This document shows, in pieces, positions 28,814 to 38,633 of a stretch of 64,000 nt of DNA. Each line of letters starts with the position of its first letter. Position 1 is the stretch's first letter. This DNA is from Candidatus Heimdallarchaeota archaeon. Lineage in GTDB: Archaea; Asgardarchaeota; Heimdallarchaeia; Heimdallarchaeales; Heimdallarchaeaceae. The notes under the pieces were generated by a model. The model did not search any database. It was not told where the DNA came from and saw nothing but the letters and a program-made list of their open reading frames with translations. The stretch spans positions 128,001 through 192,000 of the forward strand of contig JAUVXV010000001.1 in the NCBI GenBank assembly GCA_030603365.1, given 5' to 3'. The position numbers were made by a program, and so were the translations under genes.

Positions 28814-30205
28814 ATGTCTCTTGAAAAAGCTATAGAAGAAATTAAGAAAATGTTTTGGGGAGTATTAAAGGGTCAATTTAATCCTGAAGAAGAAGAAGAT
28901 GTTAAAACTCATCTTATAACAAATTTGGCTACTTTAACTTCTTATGCCAAAACTTGTTTACCTCCAGATCAAAAGAAAGAATATGAAAAACACTTCTCTA
29001 AGGCGAAAAATATTCTCCTGAAATTCGATAGTGCAGGTCCATGGTTTAGAGAACTTCCTGAAATGATTGATACTGTTTATAATGTCATAACATATGCAAA
29101 TATGCTCCAAATCGAATATCACCGCTTTAATGGTACAGAAAATGATACTATACAGTATATTTATACAAAATTAGAAACTTTGGAAATGCAAGTTAATTCA
29201 CTTATTGAAGATTTAAAGAAAATTAAGAGTCTAAAGTCAACCTCAATTCCAGCTGATCAACCCATATCTATTGATGAACCTCTAAAGGAAACCGTCGAGA
29301 TAGAAGAACAATTAGAACTTGAACCTGAAGAAGTTCAAGTGTTTGACGAACCTATAGAAGAAACCCCTATCGAAATAAAGGAAATTGAGAAAGAAACAAA
29401 AGTTGTATCGCAAATTGATTCTGAAATAATTGAGGATGTTGAAATTCCTGAAGAAGAAGAAGTTCTAGAAGAGCCTGAAGTAATGGAAGATGATGCACAG
29501 GATTTGATAGAAGGTATAGAACTCGCATCTCAATATGAATTTGAACAAGAACCCTTTATGCAAACTATAGAATCTGAACAGGAAGCCTTGAAACAACTAG
29601 CTAATTTACTTTCAGCTCTTGATCCTGGTGACGACATCGTAATTTCTCCACTTACAGAGAAATTGATGACTATAGGTGAGGATGCTGCAGAAGATGTGGA
29701 AGAGATTCCATCGATTGAAGGTAGTGTCATTGTTGAAGAGGGTTTAAGTGACGAAGAAATAGCTGAAGTACATGAATTCCGTTCTTCCGTATCACGTTTA
29801 ACTCATGTTCTGACAACTCCACAGGAAACTGAAGATGCTGCTGAATTTGTTTCTTCAATTAAGAAAACTATCGCAGATGTTTCAAAGGATAAAGATCTTG
29901 AAGATGGTGAAAAATCCCCACTTACTAAATTGATCGAGGCCGAAACAGGAGAAGTAGGAGAAATAGAAACACCTCCAGTTCAATCAGAGGACATTGAAAA
30001 TGTCGTTAAACATCTTGAAACTCGAAGACAAAAAGCACTAGAAAGAATACAACAATTGGAAGAAGCTCTTAATTCTGAAAAAATCGATGAAGAAGAATGG
30101 CAAGAACTTCGAATAAAAGCTGAGAAACATATGCTAAGAGTCGAGGACACATTAGATGGATACAGGAGATATTTAGCTAAGTTACAGACTAAATCTACGG
30201 ACTAA
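28814..30205 (+). CDS. Highly acidic protein with helical N- and C-terminal domains
   Basis: Long Glu-rich disordered centre; terminal coiled coils. Confidence 0.7.
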   Translation: MSLEKAIEEIKKMFWGVLKGQFNPEEEEDVKTHLITNLATLTSYAKTCLPPDQKKEYEKHFSKAKNILLKFDSAGPWFRELPEMIDTVYNVITYANMLQIEYHRFNGTENDTIQYIYTKLETLEMQVNSLIEDLKKIKSLKSTSIPADQPISIDEPLKETVEIEEQLELEPEEVQVFDEPIEETPIEIKEIEKETKVVSQIDSEIIEDVEIPEEEEVLEEPEVMEDDAQDLIEGIELASQYEFEQEPFMQTIESEQEALKQLANLLSALDPGDDIVISPLTEKLMTIGEDAAEDVEEIPSIEGSVIVEEGLSDEEIAEVHEFRSSVSRLTHVLTTPQETEDAAEFVSSIKKTIADVSKDKDLEDGEKSPLTKLIEAETGEVGEIETPPVQSEDIENVVKHLETRRQKALERIQQLEEALNSEKIDEEEWQELRIKAEKHMLRVEDTLDGYRRYLAKLQTKSTD

Positions 30206-30209
30206 GACG

Positions 30210-30647
30210 ATGATCATGAAAGAAGTCTTCCTTACTCATTACTACTACGGTGATAGATTAACAACTTTCAAGACTGGTTTAGGTACTGTAATTCGAACTA
30301 AAGGTCATTCAATGAATGTCAAAACAGTCATAGTGAATGACTCATTTCACTGGTTAGAAAATCAAAATCAATTTGAAGCTTTTAATCCCATTTTACTAGA
30401 TGTTAACAAAAATAAAGAGATATTAGTTGTTCTTCGAGAGTTAGTTGGTTCTCTAGAAGAAACTGTTTTTCTAATTGCTAATTTTGATTTAATAATCGAG
30501 AAAGGAATTATTAGTTTGGAAAATTTTATTGATCTTCTAAAAGAAAAAAATGAATCTACTGAAATTCTCTTGACTGGCGAAATTGATTACCCTGAATTAA
30601 GAACAATAGCAGATTATGTAAGTTGTATTCAATCAGTTGAAAACTAA
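30210..30647 (+). CDS. Degenerate CobA/CobO-like protein with broken P-loop
   Basis: HYYYGDRLTTFKTGLG..IR.KGHSM.V and EILLTG...PEL..IADYVS.I match CobO except at GKGKT. Confidence 0.6.
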   Translation: MIMKEVFLTHYYYGDRLTTFKTGLGTVIRTKGHSMNVKTVIVNDSFHWLENQNQFEAFNPILLDVNKNKEILVVLRELVGSLEETVFLIANFDLIIEKGIISLENFIDLLKEKNESTEILLTGEIDYPELRTIADYVSCIQSVEN

Positions 30648-31427
30648 ATCAATTGCTCTATGTGCTACTCTTGGTGCTAGCCATCTAATTAATCTTGATG
30701 ATTCTATCTGAAAGTTGGATGAAATTTGACTTCTATTCAGAATCTCGTCAACTCTATTTTCAAATGTTTGATTATTTATTTCCTTATTTGATGTTTTTTC
30801 AGTTATTTGCCAGTGGATATTACCCTTACCATTTTTCAATGCTTTGTATGCAATCGGAAGTGATTTTTCTGCTTCAAGCGGTAAGGGAAGTAAGATTCTG
30901 TCCATCTTGTTGTTGAATAATTTAGGAACAACATTGAACGCGTCCCCTAGATAAGCTTCTACTCTACCAACGCACTTGTTTAACTCAATATTTCTTACAA
31001 GATACTGATATGCGTTTGTATTTAATTCAATACTGTACACAATACAATCATTACAGTTCGTAGCAATTGCTATACTAAAGGGACCTACACCAGAAAAGAA
31101 ATTTAATATTTTTTCTCCTTTTGTCACCAATTTTGCGATTCTTTGTCTTTCAAAACTTAACCTTGGAGAGAAGAATGAAGTTGAAATATCAACTAGGTAA
31201 CTATTTCCATATTCCTTGTAAACTGTTTCGAATGTCTTATTTCCCATGAAATGCTCAAGTTTTCTAGTTCTCTCGAATCCCCCAACTTTAGATGTTTGAA
31301 GAGTTACTGTGCTAATACTAGGGTACTTTTGCATCATTCTATTTGAGAATTCTGTTAGTTTTGATTCATCAGTTTGCTCTCTTATGATAAGTATGCTTCC
31401 TATGATTTCATACACTATATCTTTCAT
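30633..31427 (-). CDS. Trm5/Taw2-family SAM-dependent tRNA-modifying transferase (no D1 domain)
   Basis: FFSPRL..ER, FFSGVGPF, ELN, GDA; ATG 31427 with GGAGA RBS avoids overlap. Confidence 0.85.
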   Translation of the reverse strand: MKDIVYEIIGSILIIREQTDESKLTEFSNRMMQKYPSISTVTLQTSKVGGFERTRKLEHFMGNKTFETVYKEYGNSYLVDISTSFFSPRLSFERQRIAKLVTKGEKILNFFSGVGPFSIAIATNCNDCIVYSIELNTNAYQYLVRNIELNKCVGRVEAYLGDAFNVVPKLFNNKMDRILLPLPLEAEKSLPIAYKALKNGKGNIHWQITEKTSNKEINNQTFENRVDEILNRSQISSNFQIESSRLIRWLAPRVAHRAIDLVFN

Positions 31428-31452
31428 ACTTATCTCCAAAGGAAATTTTAGC

Positions 31453-33606
31453 TTATTCTGTAATTTCTCGGATTGCTGGCCCCTTATATATTGCTTTGTC
31501 AAAAGCGATTCTTCTCATCTGAGGTTGAGTACTAATCTCTTCATAATAGTGAGCAGTTAATCCTGCAGTTCTTCCGAAGACAAAAACAGCTTTAGCCAAC
31601 TTGGGATCTATTTCCATGTCTGCAATAATAGCTCCAATTACACCATCTACATTGATTGGAAGATTCATCCCTCTAACTCTATAGAAAGAATCGCTTATAA
31701 TTCTTGAAACTTCTACACATTCTTTTGCGTATCCTGCTTTTTTCGCAAAATCCCAAAGGACATCTCTTCTAGGATCTTGTGTATGGATTCTATGACCTAA
31801 TCCTTCAATACGTTTCCCAGCTTTAATAGTTTCTTTGATTAATTCGAACGTTGTTTCTTGAAGATCTGTTGCTGTTTCTTTTGATTTCTTCACTACCGAG
31901 AGCATGAATTCTGCAGCTTTTTGACCTGCTCCTCCATGTACGTCCGTTATAGCTTGGATACCAGCTGAAATTGCTACTTCATAGTTAGCTCGGGTCGATG
32001 CTAAAATAAGTGTAGCTTGTGTTGATGGTGGTGTAACACCGTGGTCAACACAGGCAGTTATAATTGCTTCTAGTAGTTTTATTTTCATTTTATCTTCTGG
32101 TAATTCACCTACCAGACATAAGTAAATTAAATCTGAAAAAGAAAGCTGGTCTTGATTATGATTATCAAGTTTTTGCGAGTTTCCAAAATAAATAGAAAGG
32201 TATCTTAGAACTCTTCCCAAAGAATATGCTGCAACTCTAGACGGATCTTTCTCTGAGTTAGCGAAATTTGATAATTTTTTATCAAGCAAAAGGAACGTTC
32301 CTATGATTTTCGAAACATCAGATTCTTCAGGATTTTTATCGAGATGAAGAAATTCTTCCTTAGCTGCATTAATAGCAATTTTCTCGAGCCCTAACAGTTC
32401 ATTCTTGGGAAACTCACCTTTTGTAAGTAGGTATGTTGTTTCTAATAACCCCTTTTTTGCAATGATATCCTGTAGGCTGTATCCTTTGATTACAAGATTA
32501 TTAGGTAAAACTTTAGTTATGAGTGTACCCCAAGTGGGTTCCGGAGATTTAGCATCCCATTTCTTCTTCATCCTTTCATAATAATCTTCCACTCTGAAGT
32601 ATGTTTGATTAAGTTTAGATTTTACAGCTTTAATCAGATCATGTTGGTGGTTTACAACAATAGCTCCTGCTTTTTCTAGAAGTTCTTTCTTAGAATTAAA
32701 GGTACCGTATTTCTGGCCTGGAGTTATTACTGCTCCTGCATGTCCCATAGTTTTTCCTTCAGGTGCATTAGCTCCTGAAATAAGTGCAACTAAAGGTTTG
32801 GAATATTTTTTGGGGTGTTCAATCATATCTTGAGCCAATAATTCTTCTTGCATTCCTCCTATTTCTCCGGCAACAACCACCAAGTCAGTATTTTCGTAAT
32901 TCATTACTAAGGAGACAAGGTCAACAAATCTTGAACCTATGGCACCATCTCCTCCAACTCCTAATACACCATTTTGAGCTATCCCTGCACTAGCTAGAGC
33001 ATCGGACATATGATATAGAATTGCACCGCTTCTTGATAGAATAGTGACTCCTTTTGGTCCAATTCCTCCTTCGTCAGTAATCTGTGCTTGGAAAATATCT
33101 GGGAGCATTCCAATTTTTATTCCTTCGGGCGGAAAGATTATTCCTGGTGTATTTCCTCCAAATAAGATGGTTTTATGTTTTCGTGCTTCCACCAAAATAT
33201 CTCTGACATCTTTTAATGGAATGAACTCAGAGATTAGGACGATTATAGGAACTCCTGATCTTATTACTTCAATTGTTGCATCCTTAGCTGTTGAATAATG
33301 TCTCCAGATACTAGCAACTGCAATATTAGGGTGGTTCATGACAGCTTCTTCTGCTGAGGCATATACTGGAATTGTTTCATGTACCTTTGTTCCACTTCTA
33401 CCTGGTGCAACTCCGCAAGTTACATTTGTACCATATTCCATCATCAGCTGAGCGTGTCTTGTACCTTGTCTTCCTAGTCCTACAATCATCGTTTCTATTG
33501 ATTTTGACTGATCTATTTTTTCTGCTAGTTCTGGTCTTACATGTTTTATAAGATAATCGAGCAATCCTTGATTTGCTTCTAGCTTCTCCTTCTTCATTTC
33601 ACTCAT
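31453..33606 (-). CDS. ATP-citrate-lyase alpha-like: SucD-like CoA ligase fused to citryl-CoA lyase domain
   Basis: GGNTPG, SRSG, MGHAGA phospho-His; DHGVTPPST, HGGAG, GLGHRIH..DPR, NVDG. Confidence 0.85.
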   Translation of the reverse strand: MSEMKKEKLEANQGLLDYLIKHVRPELAEKIDQSKSIETMIVGLGRQGTRHAQLMMEYGTNVTCGVAPGRSGTKVHETIPVYASAEEAVMNHPNIAVASIWRHYSTAKDATIEVIRSGVPIIVLISEFIPLKDVRDILVEARKHKTILFGGNTPGIIFPPEGIKIGMLPDIFQAQITDEGGIGPKGVTILSRSGAILYHMSDALASAGIAQNGVLGVGGDGAIGSRFVDLVSLVMNYENTDLVVVAGEIGGMQEELLAQDMIEHPKKYSKPLVALISGANAPEGKTMGHAGAVITPGQKYGTFNSKKELLEKAGAIVVNHQHDLIKAVKSKLNQTYFRVEDYYERMKKKWDAKSPEPTWGTLITKVLPNNLVIKGYSLQDIIAKKGLLETTYLLTKGEFPKNELLGLEKIAINAAKEEFLHLDKNPEESDVSKIIGTFLLLDKKLSNFANSEKDPSRVAAYSLGRVLRYLSIYFGNSQKLDNHNQDQLSFSDLIYLCLVGELPEDKMKIKLLEAIITACVDHGVTPPSTQATLILASTRANYEVAISAGIQAITDVHGGAGQKAAEFMLSVVKKSKETATDLQETTFELIKETIKAGKRIEGLGHRIHTQDPRRDVLWDFAKKAGYAKECVEVSRIISDSFYRVRGMNLPINVDGVIGAIIADMEIDPKLAKAVFVFGRTAGLTAHYYEEISTQPQMRRIAFDKAIYKGPAIREITE

Positions 33607-34910
33607 CCCCGTATCTCCTGTTGTTTCTTAATTTTGAAGCCGTATTCAATTCCATCTCTAATTACATCAGCCATTATTTTTTGATTTCCTACAACTATAT
33701 GCAAGTCTTCTAATGGGTCTGGAGTTTCCTTTTTTGCCTTTTCAAGATACTCTCTTGCAGCTGCTAAATCAGTTCCAACCATCCTACCAAACACAGGAAT
33801 CATTCTTCTTTTTTGCAAATGCCTATCTCTCAGAGCCATAATTAGACCACGGATGAAAATATCACAACTTGAAATTCCACCAAATCTACTAGTTATGATT
33901 AGACCAGTTGTTGGATGATCCATGAGCAGATGAAACATATCAGCTACTTTGCTTAGAGAAGGGCCTCCTCCACTATCCATGAAGTTTATGGGTACTACTT
34001 TTCCTTCGAAATATCTATCACCGACATTCACAACCTCATCAATTGAAAAGATCCCATACCCCGCTCCTCCTGGTACTAAAGCAACATATAGCTTATCCTT
34101 TTCTTTAACAAAATTCTCTGGGTTTTCTAATAAGTCAAGATATGGGAATCCAATTTTATATGCTTTCGCTTCAAAAATCGTTTGTTCTGATACATCGTGT
34201 CTTTTGCTTTGGGGATCAATACCTATAGATTTCAACAAAGGTTCTTGTCTGTATAAACTATTATCATCCAGTACTATTTTAGCATCGGCAGCAATTATTT
34301 GATTATTAGAAGTAAGAATTAATGGATTTATTTCACATATTTTAGCTTCTATATTTTGAAACGCGGAATAAAGTGATTTTATTGCGTTTTTCAACTGATT
34401 TTTAATTTCTGGTTTATCTGAAAAATTCTTTGATAAGAAATCAACAGCTTCTTCTGCAACAGTATCTTCTAACTCTTTTGCATTATCAAAAATTGTTTTT
34501 TTCCAGATTAATTCAGGATTAGTTTTAGCCACTTCTTCTATATCTATACCACCACTAGCAGAGGCTACTACAACTATATCAAATGTAGCAGGATCTGTTG
34601 TTACTGCTAGGTATATCTCATTGGAAATATCTACAGCTTCTTCTAGCAAAATTTTCTCAATCGGATATCCACGGATTGAGGATTGAAGCATCTTTCTAAT
34701 AATCTCTTTTGCTTCATCTATGCTATTTGGTTTTTTGATGCCTCCGGCCTTTCCTCTTCCTCCAATTAGAACCATTGCTTTAACCATTAGAGGAAACGAT
34801 AATGACATCTTTTCAATTTCCTCTAGTTTTTCAATTACTCCTAATTGCTTGGGAATTTTCAATCCAAATTTGTCAAAAATTTGTTTAGCTTCATACTCAT
34901 ATAATTTCAT
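33603..34910 (-). CDS. ATP-citrate-lyase beta / SucC-like ATP-grasp subunit
   Basis: MKLYEYEAK, GGRGKAGG, GGIDIEE, EINPL, DAK, GGAG, NFMDSGGG. Confidence 0.87.
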   Translation of the reverse strand: MKLYEYEAKQIFDKFGLKIPKQLGVIEKLEEIEKMSLSFPLMVKAMVLIGGRGKAGGIKKPNSIDEAKEIIRKMLQSSIRGYPIEKILLEEAVDISNEIYLAVTTDPATFDIVVVASASGGIDIEEVAKTNPELIWKKTIFDNAKELEDTVAEEAVDFLSKNFSDKPEIKNQLKNAIKSLYSAFQNIEAKICEINPLILTSNNQIIAADAKIVLDDNSLYRQEPLLKSIGIDPQSKRHDVSEQTIFEAKAYKIGFPYLDLLENPENFVKEKDKLYVALVPGGAGYGIFSIDEVVNVGDRYFEGKVVPINFMDSGGGPSLSKVADMFHLLMDHPTTGLIITSRFGGISSCDIFIRGLIMALRDRHLQKRRMIPVFGRMVGTDLAAAREYLEKAKKETPDPLEDLHIVVGNQKIMADVIRDGIEYGFKIKKQQEIRG

Positions 34911-34921
34911 TCTTTCACGCT

Positions 34922-36775
34922 CTAAGATGAATACAGTTGTTGATAATAGTTGATTAATCCCCCGGCATTAAAGATTTTTAATAATTCTTCTGGTAGCTTG
35001 GGAAATGTGTAATCTTGATCTCCATTCGAAATTGTACCAGTTTCTAGATTAATATCGACAGGATTTTCTGAATTGAAGTTATTGACAAACTCAGAATGAA
35101 CAATGATTGGTAATCCTTGATTAATCGCTGATCTGTAAAATATTCTAGCTACAGATTTTACAATGACAGCTTTTACACCTGCAGAAGCAAGCCCTACTGC
35201 AGGATGTTCTCTAGATGATCCACATCCAAAGTTCTCTCCACCTACGATTACATCCCCTTCTTTAACTCTAGCTGCAAAAGATTCATCTAAGCCTTTGAAT
35301 AAATGTGGTACAATCTTCTCTCCCTCTGATGACTTGATATCATAAGTTAATCCACCTGCAAACATTTGATCTGTATTAAAATCATTGACATCTTTATAGT
35401 CCCATACATTATGTTTGCGTCTATTATCATCTGGTGTAATTGTAAGAATTTTTGTTTCAATATCTCTTTTTCTTAACTCTATAGGGTTTTTCCCTTCTAT
35501 AACTTCAAGTGACAGGTACTTTCTTGGATCTACTATTCTTCCTTCTATTACAGAAGCAGCAACAGTAGCTGGAGATGATAAATAAACTGAGGATTTCTTA
35601 TTTCCCATTCTTCCTAAGAAATTTCTATTTGCAGTGGATATGACATTCCACCCGTCAGCAGGAATGCCTTGACCTTTGCCCAAACATGGACCACAACTAC
35701 ACGAAAGAATTGTTGCTCCTGCACTAACAAGAGTTTCAATTATACCTTTTTCTAGTGCTTTTTGATATATTTCTGTGGAAGCTGGAGCAACTAGAAATAC
35801 TACTCCTTGTTTAATTTTTTTACCTTTCAAGATTGAAGCGGCTATTTCTAAATCGTCCAATCGTGCATTTGTACATGTTCCAAGAAATGCCTGATGTATT
35901 TCAATTTCATCAAGATTTTTAGCATATTCTTCATTATCCACTTGGTGAGGTACTGCAACTAAAGGTTCCAAATCATTCAGTTGTAGCGTTACTTCAGAAC
36001 TAAAACTTGCATCCTTATCTGACCAGAACATTTCTTCTTTGTTCAAGAGTTTTTTATTGCCATGTTTTTCTTTCAACCACTCTATAAGAATCTCGTCTGG
36101 AGGGAAAATAGCTGTTTTTGCCCCCATTTCAGAAGCTAGATTGGCAAGTGTCATTCTTTCTGAGACAGAAAGTGTCTTAACTCCATTTCCATGGAATTCA
36201 ATCGCTTGGTATGTTGCACCTGATGCTCCAACTCTGTTCATTAACCATAGAGCTATATCTTTAGCATAGATTCCTGGAGATAATTTTCCATGCAAAATTA
36301 CCTTAATTGTTTCCGGAATTCTGAACCAGGTTTTACCTGTTAACCATAAACCAGCTGTTTCTGTTCTATCAATACCTGCTGCAAATGTAGCAAACGCACC
36401 ACTTGTACAAGTGTGGGAATCAGAACCGACGACCAACATATTTGGAAGTGCATGATTTGACATTAACTGATGGCATATTCCTCTTCCTTCGTCATAGAAA
36501 TTTGTAACATTATGCCGTATCACTAATTCTCTAATGCTCTTGTGATCATTGGCAATCTGTACACTTGTGGGGGGTGAATCATGATCAAGAACAATAACTA
36601 AACGATTAGGATATTTAATTTCTGTTCCACCCATTTTTTGGAATGTTTTTACAATAGATGCTGAATTATCGTGTGAAAGGATCAAATCAGGTTCTGCATA
36701 AACAATCGTTCCTGCTTTGACATCCATTCCTGATTTAAATGAAAAGAGTTTTTCTGAAAATGTTTTTCCTCCCAT
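34922..36775 (-). CDS. Fused large+small aconitase-family hydro-lyase (homoaconitase-like)
   Basis: SHDN, LDH, GICHQ, DSHT, GTCTN, CGPCLG, NRNF; C-terminal swivel domain with NTDQ and FGCGSSRE. Confidence 0.9.
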   Translation of the reverse strand: MGGKTFSEKLFSFKSGMDVKAGTIVYAEPDLILSHDNSASIVKTFQKMGGTEIKYPNRLVIVLDHDSPPTSVQIANDHKSIRELVIRHNVTNFYDEGRGICHQLMSNHALPNMLVVGSDSHTCTSGAFATFAAGIDRTETAGLWLTGKTWFRIPETIKVILHGKLSPGIYAKDIALWLMNRVGASGATYQAIEFHGNGVKTLSVSERMTLANLASEMGAKTAIFPPDEILIEWLKEKHGNKKLLNKEEMFWSDKDASFSSEVTLQLNDLEPLVAVPHQVDNEEYAKNLDEIEIHQAFLGTCTNARLDDLEIAASILKGKKIKQGVVFLVAPASTEIYQKALEKGIIETLVSAGATILSCSCGPCLGKGQGIPADGWNVISTANRNFLGRMGNKKSSVYLSSPATVAASVIEGRIVDPRKYLSLEVIEGKNPIELRKRDIETKILTITPDDNRRKHNVWDYKDVNDFNTDQMFAGGLTYDIKSSEGEKIVPHLFKGLDESFAARVKEGDVIVGGENFGCGSSREHPAVGLASAGVKAVIVKSVARIFYRSAINQGLPIIVHSEFVNNFNSENPVDINLETGTISNGDQDYTFPKLPEELLKIFNAGGLINYYQQLYSS

Positions 36776-36787
36776 AGTTTAACCTCC

Positions 36788-37294
36788 TTAAAATCTTCCA
36801 CCCAATTTTAATAATCCCCCAGCATTCATTATATCTAATACTGGCTGAGGAATCTTCTTGCATTTCATTTGTGCATTTTTAGTTTTGTTTAACAATACAG
36901 ATTGAGAGATATCTATTTCTAACTCGTCATCTACATCTATCACAAAATCTGCAATATCAGGAACCTCAACAAGAAGTAATCCTGCATTTACGGCATTACT
37001 ATAATATATGGGACCAAATGATTCACCAATTATAGCTTTAATTTTATGCGCTAGAAATCCTGTTACTGCCTGCTGTCGAGTAGAACCTTTGCCGAAATTC
37101 TTACCTACCACTAGAATTTTATTTGAATTGTCCTCTTTACCAAAATTCTCAAACCCTTCTAGATTGCCAAAAATATGCGGTTTGATTTCTTCTGGATTGT
37201 GGATTGTTAACAATGATTGATGGAAGATTTGATCTGTATCGATATCATCAACTCGAACTAATGTCACGTCTCCACTAATGTTTTCTTTGCTCAT
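36788..37294 (-). CDS. LeuD/HacB-like small subunit, divergent
   Basis: DDIDTDQI, NFGKGSTRQQA, NAVNAG. Confidence 0.85.
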   Translation of the reverse strand: MSKENISGDVTLVRVDDIDTDQIFHQSLLTIHNPEEIKPHIFGNLEGFENFGKEDNSNKILVVGKNFGKGSTRQQAVTGFLAHKIKAIIGESFGPIYYSNAVNAGLLLVEVPDIADFVIDVDDELEIDISQSVLLNKTKNAQMKCKKIPQPVLDIMNAGGLLKLGGRF

Positions 37295-38559
37295 TTTTCT
37301 TCACTAACCTTGGGGATTGCTATTTTACCTTCTATTGCCGTCGCAGCAGCTATCGCAGGACTTGCTAAATAAACGTCTGCTGGTCCAATTTTACCTTGAG
37401 TATTACGATTGCCTGTAGTCAATGTAACAGCTGTTTTTCCACCAGTTAAACCATATTGTCCCTTTGCACAAGTGGAACAACCAGTACCAAAGAAATTACC
37501 TCCTGCCTCTAAGATTACAGACATATCCCCCTCAGAATTTATTGTGACAAAATCTTCTCTAGTTGCAGGAACGATACCAAAACGGACATTTGGGTCAACC
37601 TTTCTACCTTTTAGAACTCTTGCTACTTCATGAATGTCTGTATAACTTCCGTTTGTACATGAACCCACAACAATTGAACTTATTGGAGTGTCCACGACTT
37701 CTTCAATGGGTTTAACATTGTGCGGATGAGGAGGACATGCTATATACATTCCTAGATCTTCAATATCTATTGTTAATTCTGATGAATAATTTGCATTATC
37801 ATCTGCAGTAATAGTTTCAATCTCTATTCCGAGTTTCTTATAATAATCAGCTGTAATTGAATCTTGAGGAACAAAGCCTATCATACCTGAAGCTTCTGTT
37901 ATGAGAGAGCAAAGAGTTACTCTGTCTTCTATTGATAACTTAGAAATGATGTTACCATAAAACTCAACTGACTTTCCTGTTATCCCATATTCATGTAGTT
38001 GTTTGAGAACATAAAGAGCTAAATCTTTAGATGATGTTGGCCAACTATAATCTCCTTCCAAGTAAATTTTAACTGTTTCTGGAATTTTGATCCATGCTTT
38101 CCCAGTCTTCATTGCAAAAGCAAGCATAACATCACCTGCCCCCAGACCTAAAATGCCTAAAGCTCCAAGTATATTATAATGGCTATCTGCACCAAAAGCA
38201 ATATCTCCTGGTTTCGAAAATCCTCTTCGGAATAATAGATGAGAACCTATCCCAGAACCTAAATCAGTAACCTTAATATTATGTTCTTTTGCAAAAACCC
38301 TTATTTTTTCTTGATCTACGGCGTGTTTTGGGTCATTGCCATAGGGATAACAATCGGGTGTGAAAATTATTTTATTACTGTTAAAAACCTTGGAATCAGG
38401 ATAATTTTTTTGAAATAAATCAACAACTTGAGGACCTGCATAATCTCTTGCGGTAACTAAATCTAGATTTATCCATACAATATTTCCAGGAAAGATTTCC
38501 TCTTCTGATGCTGTAGTATGTGATTTGATGATTTTTTCTACAAGCGTAAACCCTTTCAT
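37291..38559 (-). CDS. LeuC/HacA-like large subunit, divergent
   Basis: DSH, KDLAL, GSCTNG, CSTC, GNRN, YLASP. Confidence 0.88.
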   Translation of the reverse strand: MKGFTLVEKIIKSHTTASEEEIFPGNIVWINLDLVTARDYAGPQVVDLFQKNYPDSKVFNSNKIIFTPDCYPYGNDPKHAVDQEKIRVFAKEHNIKVTDLGSGIGSHLLFRRGFSKPGDIAFGADSHYNILGALGILGLGAGDVMLAFAMKTGKAWIKIPETVKIYLEGDYSWPTSSKDLALYVLKQLHEYGITGKSVEFYGNIISKLSIEDRVTLCSLITEASGMIGFVPQDSITADYYKKLGIEIETITADDNANYSSELTIDIEDLGMYIACPPHPHNVKPIEEVVDTPISSIVVGSCTNGSYTDIHEVARVLKGRKVDPNVRFGIVPATREDFVTINSEGDMSVILEAGGNFFGTGCSTCAKGQYGLTGGKTAVTLTTGNRNTQGKIGPADVYLASPAIAAATAIEGKIAIPKVSEEK

Positions 38560-38633
38560 TTATGTCAATTTCATCGATTAAAAGGGAAGTAATAAGGATA
38601 TCTCTATGTATTGTTAAATAGAGACTCACTTCA

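Noticed and set aside
31453-34910. Plain succinyl-CoA synthetase sucCD
   Set aside because: The alpha chain carries an intact citryl-CoA-lyase-like domain, and the context is aconitase plus dehydrogenase
38601-38624. Small hairpin TCTCTAT/ATAGAGA between the dehydrogenase and leuC-like genes
   Set aside because: Short AT-rich stem, compatible with chance
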